Source: Octopus bimaculoides (taxonomy: Eukaryota). Taken from it: a DNA stretch of 57,210 nucleotides. Positions 24,961 to 36,258 of the stretch are shown here, piece after piece (the first letter of the stretch is position 1; every line of letters starts with the position of its first letter). The translations under genes and the position numbers were made by a program. The notes under the pieces were generated by a model. That model did no database searches. It was given only the letters and a program-made list of their open reading frames with translations, and had not been told where the DNA came from. The stretch is taken from NCBI RefSeq assembly GCF_001194135.2, contig NC_068981.1:143905379-143962588 (forward strand). Reading direction: 5' to 3'.

Positions 24961-26169
24961 TAGTTTTACACAATTTTTCTTCTAATTTCTTGATATCTCA
25001 TTTAAATTTACAACACGTTAGAAATGATATCATAGGATTACTGATAATATACTGTCCAAAAAAGAACTCTTACATCTCTGATAAAATTAGTCATAAAACA
25101 GTTGTAATATTATCTTGTGACACTTGTAATGACATGAAATACAAGAATTCTCATGTAAATTTTCGATATTTTCTATAGAACTGGTTGTAATCTCATATCA
25201 TCCGTACTGTTTGGAACTGGAAATCTTATTACGAAAAAGTGGTAAACCCAAACAGCAACAAAATTTCTGAAAGAATTTATAACAAGATATAATGTTAAAA
25301 GAGTATTGTGTAGAATATCTTCTGATAATGCACAATACAAATGAAACCCGTGATAACTCATATAGAATGATTATCAAGTAGAATTGCTGATACTTTATAA
25401 TGAATATATTGCAGCACATAACCACAATGTACCAGATTCAATCTATTGTAAATTTTGTAGGATTGATAATGATAGTAACAGAAATATCATAGCGATTTAA
25501 AGATACACACAGCAAAATCAGAGATAACGTAACAAAAAATATAACGGGAAGATCGTGCTAATCTCTGTAGAATTAGTGATAAACCATAATGCGCAATATA
25601 TTTTGAGATATGAGTGATAATGTGCACTGTCGAAAATATCATCTTGCCGTATTATATAATTTCTAAAGATTTCAAGATCAAAACATAAAATCAAAATTGA
25701 ACTTACAACTCATATATGATTTGTGCATGTGTAAAACACGCAACACTCATATAGTGTCGTATTACTGATATTTCCTTGAAAATTACTATCATTTATGTAT
25801 TGTTATCGTCTATAAATTTGCTATCAAGTGGAAATTGTAATACCTTCTATAAAACTGTGGATAACAGGCAATACAATATACCGACTTGATTAAGATGTAT
25901 CTCCCTCAAAATTTGTGATCACACACGTAGTCATAATTATAATCTAACATTTATAACACGAGGCACAGTTATAGCATAAGCAAACAATACGAAACTTAGA
26001 ATGATATCTCTATGCAGATCTCGGTTAATTCGGCATACTAAATGTTATGAAGAATGCATGATACCATTTATAGAATTAATAACACACAATACGAAGATAT
26101 GGTGAAAATCTGAGTACTAGCGTTAAGCGATGCGATATTGGTAGTAATCACACACACACACAAATTCTG

Positions 26170-26316
26170 AAATCTACAGAAAAACAAAAGACGAAGACAG
26201 GTGTATAAACAACAAGCAGGTGTATTAGTTTGATGCTCAGGAAGGAGAGAAAGGAACACGATGAAATAAACAGAGATAGAATAAAAACTTTTGGAGTTAG
26301 CGGTCAATCATGGCGA
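26170..26316 (-). mobile_element. PLE-type pseudo-LTR fragment, family of 31030-31224, lacking the hammerhead
   Basis: Shares CAAAAGACGAAGACAGGTG..TAAACAACAAG..GTGTATTAGT and ATCATGGCGA with the 31 kb copy. Confidence 0.65.
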
Positions 26317-26639
26317 CTGGTTGGACAAAGGCAGTTAGACAGGAGAGCGAGGAAGAAGGGGAGATAATAAAGTACTGGTAATCCCAAAACAAAGGTGTGT
26401 GTGCATGTGTGTATGTGTACGTGAGAGTGTGTAAGTGTATAAGTGTCGATAGGGGCTGGTGACTTTGGCGTATGGATGTGTGCGTGTGCAAGTGTGTGTG
26501 TCTGTAATGTGTGTGTGTGTATGTGTGTGTGTGTGTGAGTGGATGATGATGTGGGTGCTGAGACGTGGTCAGTGCTAGTGTGTGCGGAGTGTGTAAATAG
26601 TGGAGGAGATATGATGTTGCTGTGGGCTCGAACTATGCA

Positions 26640-26812
26640 AGAAGTTAAAAACTGCTTTGGACTAAAACACAACCGGGACCCTAAGTAAGGCATGTGTAAC
26701 ATTTGAATGAAATTGGTTGTGTAGTTCTCGAGTTTTAGGGATTCACACAAACACACACACACACACACACACAGATAGACAGACAGGCACATATTCTCAT
26801 TTATATAGAGAG
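26640..26812 (+). mobile_element. Possible non-autonomous Helitron-like 3' end
   Basis: CATGTGTAACATTTGAATGAAATTGGTTGTGTAGTTCTCGAG, an internal (CA)n, and an ending TTTATATAGA, an architecture recalled from invertebrate Lep1/HINE-type elements. Confidence 0.35.
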
Positions 26813-27130
26813 AGAGATATATATATACATACATTGAAAAACCTACACGACTAGGTGAAAAGCGCTTCATTTAATATGTGACATTAATAAAAATCTGTAA
26901 ATGTNNNNNNNNNNNNNNNNNNNNNNNNNNNNNNNNNNNNNNNNNNNNNNNNNNNNNNNNNNNNNNNNNNNNNNNNNNNNNNNNNNNNNNNNNNNNNNNN
27001 NNNNNNNNNNNNNNNNNNNNNNNNNNNNNNNNNNNNNNNNNNNNNNNNNNNNNNNNNNNNNNNNNNNNNNNNNNNNNNNNNNNNNNNNNNNNNNNNNNNN
27101 NNNNNNNNNNNNNNNNNNNNNNNNNNNATA

Positions 27131-27162
<32 letters not shown>

Positions 27163-29439
27163 CATATGTATATATACATATATACATACATATATATACA
27201 TATATATACATATATATATGCATACATATGTGTATGTGTATGTGTATGTGTGTGTATGTATATATGTATGTAGGCATGTATGGATACATACGCATATATG
27301 CACATATATATTTATATATACGCACATATCTACCTAAAATTTATCCATCTGTTTTCACGGAGCGTATATAACTGCATATGTGTGGTGTATATCTGATGGT
27401 GTTTATTTCTCGTATCAGTGAGTGCGTGCACGTTTGGTTGTGAGTGCGCATGCGCGAACGTGTGTAGTATGGAAGTAGTGTTTAAGGACGCTATTCTGCA
27501 GTTAAAAAGAGACTTGGGAGAAGTAAAAGAATGAAACTGTGAAAGAGCGTCGGAAACGAGTTAGTGATATGTATACGTGTATGTATATATGTGCATATAC
27601 AGATTGTTAAAGACGGTATAAGGAGGAAGCAGACTATTATAGAGAGGTTAAATCTTTATGTGTATGTATGGGTGCATAAGTGTGAGCGTGTGGAAAAATC
27701 AATGAAAATAAAAGAGCAAAGAGAGAAAAGGAAATCCGAAAGAGAAAGGAGAGAAGACTGTGTATATTTATGTGCATGTATATGTGAGGTGTGTGTCTGA
27801 TGTGAGACTGTGTGCGAGTTGTCTAGCTATGTTTAAGTTTATACGCCAGAGACTGTGTACGAATCGTCACGGTGTGAATTAAAACACAAAGAATGCGAGT
27901 GAAAGAAAATGAAAACCGAAAAATTTTAAAATTAAATATGCCAAAGAGAAAATGTGTATGTGTGTGTATAAGTACGTGATTATGTCTGATTATATTTGTA
28001 AGCATGTAAGTGTGTCCATGTATATGTTTTCTTGTCTTTGTGTGTGTGTGTGGTTATGTGAAATTACAAGAATTTCAGAGATGGTGCTATCTTTAATGAC
28101 AATTTCTTTTAACCTTCAATCTGGAAATGTTTGCGTCTTTATTTTGACATAGAATCACTTTGAATTTCATTCCCCAATTTTTCTGTCTAAATTAAATCGA
28201 AATCCGTTAAATTTTTAGACACTAAAAGAAAAACAATGCTATGAAATATAATAAAAAGAAATAAAAGAACAATTCGAAAAAAAAAATGTAAAGAAAGAAA
28301 AAGCAGAAGCCAGTATCAAAGGAAGCTCAAGAAATTTGATTGACACAGACGATCACTTGTAGTTGTAATCAACAAATGTGTGTAAGTGAATGGGTGGTAG
28401 AAATAGTGGGACATAGAAGGTGAAAGAGACGAAGAAAGTGTGGGACGTGTACGTGTGCTTACGTGCGTGTGTGTACACTTGCGTGTATTAAGCGCTGTGA
28501 AAGAAAATGAATGGGAAAGGGAGAAGTAGAGAGAATAAGTGCAACTTATGATGGGCGATTGAAAATCTTTAAAAACGTTTTAGAAACTGCATAAAAGTCT
28601 AAAAAGGAGAAGGGAGAACTAAGAGATATAGGAAGAGCATAAGATAGTAATTTGTTGAAGAGACGAAGCTACAAAATGAGTGACCACAATGAGAAAGGGA
28701 GAGGAAGAGACAAGCGAGAAGAGAGAAGATGAATTGTGAAAGGGCGAGTGGAACTTGGCTTTGAGAGAGACAGGAAGACATAAAAAGACAGAGACAGACA
28801 GAGAGAGAATGGGTGAGGTTGAAAGATAGATATTTATGTACAAGTATCATAAAGTGATGCTAAAACAGATTTTGTGATGCGAATTCGATTACCGATTGAA
28901 CTTTACTTCACTAATCCAAAGCCAACTTCTACACAATCATTCGATCTACTTGAAGCAGGAACTAAATTAACCTCACATCATGTCATATCTTCTTTAAGAA
29001 GGAAGGAAAGGGTGGTCACATCAATTAATGAAAACATAGCTAACTCTTTACGAGATGGTTGGTTACGATTAGAATACTTTGAATAAGAAATTTTTTGCCA
29101 TCATATTTGACCTAGGGTTAAATAATAACAAAGCTACCACAACAACAATCTGCTAAACTTGTAGAGAGATATATTCAACAAAGTTAAGCAATGTCGTTTG
29201 TTGGGTTCCTTTTTTTGTTCTTTCGAAGAAGCGCCCAGCCTGAAGCGTTAGACCCCTGTTTCTTTTATCTTATTTTATGAATTTTATTTTCTGTTCTAAT
29301 AACAACGCAAGCCATTACCATTTTTCTTTGATTTTAGCTAATTTGGTTTTTGGTTTTTGATTTTTAATTTATACTTATTTATTGGAAATAGCAAGGAATT
29401 CTCCCTCAAATCATCTCAGAAAATGAAAAGACGCAAACA

Positions 29440-29545
29440 CTGGATTACGTAGTCCTGAAGATGAGAAGAGATCGGCATGACTGGTATGTCTCTGGTCAAA
29501 GGTTTGTTCGATTTGATCTGATAGAGAACTAAACAACAACAGCAA
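29440..29545 (+). mobile_element. SINE-like family C 3' tail
   Basis: GGTCAAAGGTTTGTTCGATT...AACTAAACAACAACAGC. Confidence 0.45.
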
Positions 29546-29829
29546 TATGATGACACGATGACTCGATGACTATTTGTCATGAAACGAGAAAGAAAAAAAG
29601 AAAAACAACTGTGTAAATATAGAAAGTGTGAAAAAAATGTGTGCAAGTGAAATGGAAGAGTAGGGGAAAGGAGTTCGAGAAAGAGGAAGAAATTATAGAG
29701 AGTGATGGTGGAAGGTAAAGTTGTGGGTTAGAGAGAAAGACAGATAAAATTGAGTGAGTGACAGAATGAGCAAGAGAAGGCGAGAGTAGGTGAGTGAAAG
29801 GTGGACTCTGTGAGTGATAAATGATTTGA

Positions 29830-29945
29830 TTGATTAAGTGAGTGAGTGAGTAAATGAGTGAGTGAGTGAGTGAGTGAGTGAGTGAGTGAGTAAGTGAGTG
29901 AGTTATCGAGTAAGTGTGTGGGTGAGTGGGTGAGTGACTCACTTA
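29830..29945. repeat. (GAGT)n microsatellite
   Basis: Direct inspection. Confidence 0.9.
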
Positions 29946-30973
29946 CTGGCTGACTGTGAATGTGTAAGTGAAGAGAGAGAGCTAGAAAATAATAGTGAAT
30001 TATGCAACTGACGAAGTAAATTTGAGAGAAGAGAAAAGAAATGAATCGTAAGTGCTAAAGTGTGAGCGAGAAAAAGAATGCGAGAGACAGACTGATTGAC
30101 TGAAATAAGCGAGTATGAAAGGGAAAGAGAGAAGGTGAAGGTATAGAAAGTGGAAGTGAAAAAGACAGCAAGGTGTCTAACATGATGGGAGATAATGACT
30201 GAGCACATTTGTTACATTTTCACCTTCGGTTATCGTTAAATCCTCGATGGTTTTATAATGAAACTTAATGATGCAAGAAATTGTTGAGAGCTACTTTACA
30301 GTTTTGACTTCACGGCAATTGTAAATAAACTGGCGATGGAGAGGAATATGCTGCGGGGGGAAAAAGTTTAGGTAGTAAAATGTCGTGAATATTCATGATG
30401 TAAAATGTAAATGCTGTTTCTCTATTAAGCCCAAAGTGTTCATTTATTTCAATGCTCATGTTGCTAAGCAGATAAAATAAATATCGCCCCTTTGATGGAA
30501 TGCCACAAGTCATTACAAGTATCATTTACATTTGGTTTGTTAACTTTCCCAGCACTTAATGTATTTTCTGCATTAAGTGCAATATCTAAAAATAGACGTT
30601 TGAAATGCAGTTGTACTGGATTTGAACCCCACGACACATACTTTGCTGATTATCATGTACTACATTTCGGTTTTTACAATGAAGCAAGCTTTGTGTGGTT
30701 TATACGTTAATACTGTATTTTGATTAAAGTTTACTAAGCCGTGAGATAACGATGGCACAGAAGGGTCTATGACACCGCATATAAGATTTTTTGCTTCTTT
30801 AAAAACTACGAAGCCCACTTAAAGATCTGTTTCACGTAATTCCATTTCAGTTCTCTTTTCAGACAGATACTGATACTGTCCTCATCTTTGCATGTTAGAG
30901 TTGTTGTTTGAAACATCTCTAGCAATATCCAAACTAGTTATTTAATCAATATTAGTAACCCACCTTAATTTCA

Positions 30974-31029
<56 letters not shown>

Positions 31030-31031
<2 letters not shown>

Positions 31032-31224
31032 GGAGAATTCACGAAAAGACAACAGACGAAGAAAGACAGGTGGTGTAAACAACAAATGGATGTATTAGTA
31101 TAACGCTCGGGAATAGAGAAAGTCTTTAACGTTTCGAGCCTACGCTCTTCAACAGAAAGGAACACAGAAAGATACAAGGAGAGAAAAAAAATACATGTGT
31201 AGTGATCAGCGAAATATCATGGCG
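31030..31224 (-). mobile_element. PLE-type pseudo-LTR carrying a hammerhead motif
   Basis: Inserted next to (TA)n; second copy at 26170-26316; contains the hammerhead fold at 31124-31159. Confidence 0.7.
31124..31159 (-). ncRNA. Minimal type-I hammerhead ribozyme motif (variant core)
   Basis: Minus: CTTT-CTGTTGA-A-GAGC-GTAG-GCTC-GAAA-CG-T-T-AAAG. Perfect 4-bp stems I and II, palindromic ACGT stem III, predicted GUU cleavage triplet; core has A6 replaced by U plus an extra A after A9. Confidence 0.7.
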
Positions 31225-31362
31225 AATATATACACATGCGTATAGGCATGCAGACATGCATGCGCATATACACAAATGCATACGCACACACATGTGCACA
31301 CAACACATACATACATACATACATACATACATACATACATACATACTTACGTATATATATAT

Positions 31363-31593
31363 CATGAACTAACTGTTACTTTCTGAAATGCAGGACGGAA
31401 TTTTGTCAGTGAAGAGGTCGCTGTCTCAAAGCGACGAAAATATTTTGGCAAATTATATTTAAATGTTGAAGTGAATCTAACGGTTTTTGTGTGTTTCTTA
31501 AATGGCTTATAAACACCTTCCACGCTGCAATTGTTTTCGTTCCAGCACACGATCTCAGATCAGGTCGCTTGCTATGCAAGTACATCTCCGTAA
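31363..31593 (+). mobile_element. PLE-type pseudo-LTR carrying a hammerhead motif
   Basis: Flanked by TA-rich repeats; partial second copy at 16963-17116; hammerhead fold at 31402-31452. Confidence 0.7.
31402..31452 (+). ncRNA. Minimal type-I hammerhead ribozyme motif
   Basis: TTTGTCA-GTGAAGA-G-GTCGCT-GTCTCAA-AGCGAC-GAAA-ATAT-T-T-TGGCAAA. 7-bp stem I (one G-U), perfect 6-bp stem II, palindromic AATATT stem III; C3 is replaced by G in this copy. Confidence 0.7.
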
Positions 31594-31773
31594 GATATGT
31601 ATATATAAGGAAAGGAGTAAATAGTATCCAGGCTACAAATGTTTCATAGCGAGCGGAACCTAGGAAATGGAAAATATCCAAGCAGAGTGTATACTACAGG
31701 CTGCTCTTCAGGTTGAGGGTATCTTGATAAATGAAGTTTACATTATGGTAAGGAGGTACCATTCATCCTCAAC

Positions 31774-32006
31774 ATTGATATCCTATATTCCTATATAATC
31801 TATAATTTAAGGCTGATACAAGTCATAAACTAGAAACGAAGATAAATCAAACAGAATACATTACTGGCGATTGAATGTGCAGCCATAAATGCAATAATAT
31901 TCGAAAGAACCTCAAAATAGCAAAACTTCTCAACAAGGTGTATGGCTGCAGGAAAACCTCGGAAAATGAACTACTTTTAATTGATAGAATTATGCAAAAT
32001 GATAAA
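31774..32006 (+). repeat. Left arm of ~230-bp inverted repeat
   Basis: Reverse complement of 33775-34001, about 90% identical by manual alignment with one 7-bp indel. Confidence 0.95.
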
Positions 32007-32426
32007 CCATTCTCTTGCTCTGACGAAAGTTTTTGCTTTTTAAAATTCTTAATGCAATTTAATTGCATAATGTGGATTTAAGTAATTAAAACCGAAACGC
32101 GCACAGGCAACATAAATTAATTGTTATTATGATGAATATATTGATTATTCTGTATATATATTCGCTATTTTCTTTGCACTGTTAAAACATTTCTCCTATA
32201 TCGAAAGATGAAAATATACATAGTGAGAACTATGACTTCAAGAGTGTAAGCTACTAATTATCGGAGAAGAATCAAGAATAAGCACTAGTACATACGCACA
32301 TGTGGAATTTTCAGTATCGTTAATTGAGTTAAAGCGATGTACGCTTGGACAAATATCCTTAGGAAAGAACACTCTCTTTCCACGCAGACTTATATATATG
32401 CAATATATAAGACTTATATATATATA

Positions 32427-33287
32427 ACTAGCATCTAAGCCCGGTCGGTTTGGATGATGTGGCTGTAAAACCTGCTCTCTGTAAGCATTCAACTTGTTTG
32501 GGAACGCTTATGTTAAAAAACAATTTTAGAATGACTTTTTTTATGTCAAAACGCTAAAAATAACTGACCAACAAAAAAAAAACAACCAAGGTTCAAGCAA
32601 ATCAAAAAATAAACCCACATAGTAAGCGAACAAAGATGCAAAACAACAGAAACAATCATAAAAAATAAAGCAAAAATTAAAAGAAATAAAACGTAGGTAA
32701 AAAAATCTTTTAAATTTTCAAAGGTCAAAAAACAGCAAAAAACTAATAACGAAAAATATTAAATACCTTAACCTCAATGCGAAATATTACACAAAATTAA
32801 AAAGAAGAAACAAAAGTAAAACAAAAACATCTGAAACTGAAAAACAAATAACTGAAACACTACAAAGACTTCACAAAAACACCCATTGCACGCGCGCGCA
32901 CGCACACATACACACACACGCACACACATACACACGCACATTCACATACCCCCCTTTTACATACACACACATACATTCACACAGAGTTGAAACGTTGTTT
33001 GATTTATTTTTCAGCGTACTATTTTCATCATCCCACTACCAAGTATGACATCACCCCTTCCTTCCTTATTCATCTATTACGCCGCCCTTTCTCATTCATA
33101 AACACAAGAGTATTATTATAGTAGATTACCTTGGTAACTATGGGAGCTATGAAAAAATACAAAGTCCAGCATCACCACCGGATCATTCTATACATCTGCG
33201 TAATTTTTCGTGCAGTTCTACCCTGCAGTCTGACCGTGAATCCCAAGACAAGAAAGAATCGCCCATGTTAAATTTATATGTATAGAT
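32427..33287 (+). mobile_element. Non-autonomous Helitron-like element
   Basis: Starts ACTAGCATCTAAGCCCGGTCGG after (TA)n, has an internal (CA)n, and ends AAATTTATATGTATAGAT. These termini are recalled from invertebrate Helitron/HINE-type elements. Confidence 0.5.
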
Positions 33288-33774
33288 AAAGTTTATTTCT
33301 TTGGTTGTCAGAAATTTCTTGCTCGGAGTTTTACTATATAAAAACTTAAATGATTAGTGTTTTAGTGATTAACAAATATGGTTAACTCTGAGTAGATGAA
33401 AACTACAGTTAGAATGTTCTGCTTTCAGTTAATTTTCTTTTATTCTTCTCGTCAGGTAATACTGGCAGTGTTCCATGGTTTTAGTTGATGCCCCTTCTTA
33501 AGTCGTGGAGATAAGGAAAGCTAAATGCGGCTAGCGTAGATGATGTTCACTTTGACTAGAAAATGTTGGCAGAGATTTTGAGAATAAAGCATTTGGCATA
33601 GTGATTAATATATGACATACAAATATGAAACTGGTTTTCGGAGGAGTAGAAATCGATGTAGTTACAATAGAAGAAGCGTTTAAGGATAATGTTTTAGTTT
33701 AGTTCCGCTTTGTTTTTTAGTTTTGGTAGTTTGGTGAGTATTTGTTGTTTTTTTTCTTTTTACTTGCTTTGTTT

Positions 33775-34001
33775 TTTATCATTTTGCATAATTCTATCAA
33801 TTAAAAGTAGTTCCAAAATTTTCCTGCAGCCATACACCCTGTTGAGAAGTTTTGCTATTTTGAGGTTGTTTCAAATATTATTGTATTTATGGCAGCACAT
33901 TTAATCGCCAGTCATGTATTCAATATGATTTATCTTCGTTTCTAGTTTATGACTTGTATCAGCCTTAAATTATGGCTTCTATAGGAATATAGGCTATCAA
34001 T
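33775..34001 (-). repeat. Right arm of ~230-bp inverted repeat
   Basis: See left arm. Confidence 0.95.
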
Positions 34002-35029
34002 TCATGTTTACATTAGCATTCAATTTATGGCTCTTACTTACCAATTGGATATTTATATTTAATCTTGTTGCAGAAAATTTTAAATTGATCTAATACAAAA
34101 TAATGTAGCAAAAGTCTAATATATTTTTGCTATATCTATATTTAAGATGCCTTAGAAATTTGCTATGAATGTGCTATTTTGAGATCTGACCTACAGAGAG
34201 CAACTTTAAGTTTTTGTTCTTGGTTAGAATTTGTTACAAAGAAGTGTGTAGATCATTATCTCCTGACACGATATAACCTATTGTTTGTTCGAGATTTTTA
34301 TGGCAATTACATAAAAGTAGGTTGTTAGACATTGGCAATTAGAGCAAACTTATAGTAACGACTTGGATGTTAAACTCGATCCATCACCCAATTTAGCGCT
34401 ACCACATGACTCTGATGTGCCTTTAGTGAAGTCTCTTTTGTTGAAGCATTCGCTCCAGGTCCCAGAATGACTTCTTTTCTCTTTATCACTCAAAGAAACC
34501 CTGAAGAATACCATGAGAGCTACCCCTCTTTTACCAAAACAATAAAAAGACAAATCTTAGTTGAGTAGCTGGCTGCAAATACATAAAACATTTTCAATTA
34601 CACTTTTATTTAATAAAGAATGCCAGATACATTTTAATTTTAATAAATGTTTCATTAAAAATATACAGTTTACTTCATGGCATTATGAATGTGTGCAACA
34701 CATGAAATAAGCACCAATAATTATTTAATCAAAGCACAAGCACAATAAATATAAAAGTAATTACTTGTCATTTTGGCTCAATCACGTCTATTCATCGACA
34801 TGTATTCATTCTTGTTAAGTGAAAGAGTCTTGTGACATCCATGTTTATCTGTAGGGTGCCAGTAGAGAAAGTAAAATAGCTACTGCTCTGCATGGAAATT
34901 GGATAACAAACTCAGTTTACTTAGTACTAACTACTCACAGAATTGGTAACTCAAATGCAAAACATTCAATAATCAAGACTGCTTCCACAGACTTTTCCCT
35001 AATTTTACTACCTAGAATGTATAGCAATA

Positions 35030-35235
35030 ATGGTTTCTGATTTAGAGACACTAGGTTAGCAAATTTGAGGATAAGGGATTAGTCGAGACCCCAGTACTTA
35101 ACTGGTTCCTTATTTTATCGGCCTTGTACTGGTGAAATGCAAAATTAACATTAGTGGGATGTGAACTCAGAACGTAAAGAGTTGGCTGAATTAACACAAA
35201 ACATTTTTCGACATTCTAACCATTCCACCAGCTAG
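35030..35235 (-). mobile_element. SINE family B, old copy
   Basis: CCCCAGTACTTAACTGGTTCCTTATTTTATCGGCC...GAACTCAGAACGTAAAGA...CATTCCACCAGCT. Confidence 0.7.
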
Positions 35236-35265
35236 AACATCGATAGATTATTATACCTACAATTT

Positions 35266-35520
35266 TAAGGCGGCGAGCTGGCAGAAACGTTAGCAAGCCG
35301 GGCAAAATGCTTTGCGGTATTTCGTCTGTCTTTACGTTCGGAGTTCAAATTCCGCCAAGGTTAACTTTGCCTTTTATTATTTCCGAGTCTATAAATTAAG
35401 TACTGGTTCGATCTAATTGACTGGCCCCCTACCCAAAAGTTCCAGGCCTTGTCCCTGGGGTAGAATGGATTATTTCTCCGATTTTACTAATTGTTTCGAA
35501 TTCAAGCATAAGTTCACCAT
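35266..35520 (+). mobile_element. SINE family B (tail type 2)
   Basis: AAGGCGGCGAGCTGGCAGAAACGTTAGC...GAGTTCAAATTCCGCC...GGCCTTGTCCCTGGGGTAGAATGGATTATT. Confidence 0.9.
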
Positions 35521-35539
35521 TCAACTATGCTGGAAACCT

Positions 35540-35693
35540 ATGTATATACGACGGGCTTCTTTTAGTTTCTGTCTACCATATCACCTCACAAGGCTTTGGT
35601 CGGCTCGAGGCTATAGTAGAAGGCACTTGCCCAAGGTGCCACGCAATGGGACTGAACCCAGAACTATGTAGTCGGTAAACAAGCTTCTTACCA
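35540..35693 (-). mobile_element. SINE family A head fragment
   Basis: CACTTGCCCAAGGTGCCACGCAATGGGACTGAACCC; same head as 36000-36137. Confidence 0.85.
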
Positions 35694-35710
35694 TATATAT
35701 ATATATATAT

Positions 35711-36137
35711 TCCTTTTATTCTTTTACTCGTTTCAGGCATTTGACTGCGGTCATGCTGGAGCACTGCCTTTAGTCAAACAGATTGACCCCAGGACTTATT
35801 CTTCGTGAGCCTAGTACTTATTCTATCAGTCTCTTTTGCCGAAACACTAAGTTACAGAGACATAAACACACCAGCATCAGTTGTCAAGCAATGGTGGGAG
35901 GATAAACACAGACGCGCGCGCACACACACGCACACACATCTATATATATAGATATATATATATACATATATATACGATGGGCTTCTTTCAGTTTCCATCT
36001 ACGAAATCCACTTACAAGGCCTTGATCGGCCCGAGGCTATAGTAGAAGACACTCGCCCAAGATGACATGCAGTGGGATTGAACCCGAGACCATGTGGTTG
36101 GTTAGCAAGCTACTTACCACACACCCACTCCTGCGCC
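35711..36137 (-). mobile_element. SINE family A, full length (tRNA-like head, CORE-like block, internal dinucleotide repeat, tail)
   Basis: Minus: GGCGCAGGAGTGGGTGTGTGGTAAGTAGC (A box), GGGTTCAATCCC (B box), CTTGGGCGAGTGTCTTC (CORE-like), internal (TA/TG)n, tail as at 1-104. Confidence 0.92.
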
Positions 36138-36174
36138 TATATACATATATGAAGCTCCATGTACTAGATCGAAC

Positions 36175-36258
36175 GTGCTATGAAGATGGCGAATATCATT
36201 TTCGAAATTTTCTTTGTAAGCACCGATTGACATCGGCTGCTGAAACGGCTGTAAGAAA
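36175..36258 (+). ncRNA. Decayed hammerhead-like motif(s), probable PLE remnant
   Basis: GTGCT-ATGAAGA-...-GAAA-...-G-TA-AGCAC (perfect 5-bp stem I), followed by hairpin CCGAT-TGAC-ATCGG and GAAACGGCTGTAAGA. Confidence 0.35.

Noticed and set aside
24990-25500. Possible exon after TTTTCTATAG (25178), or a transposase remnant
   Set aside because: All frames stop quickly and no convincing motif is present.
28874-29086. 70-aa non-repetitive ORF
   Set aside because: No recognisable domain or splice context; the length is expected by chance.
34350-34553. 67-aa minus-strand ORF with a TTCTTCAG acceptor-like site
   Set aside because: No homology recognised and no partner exons.
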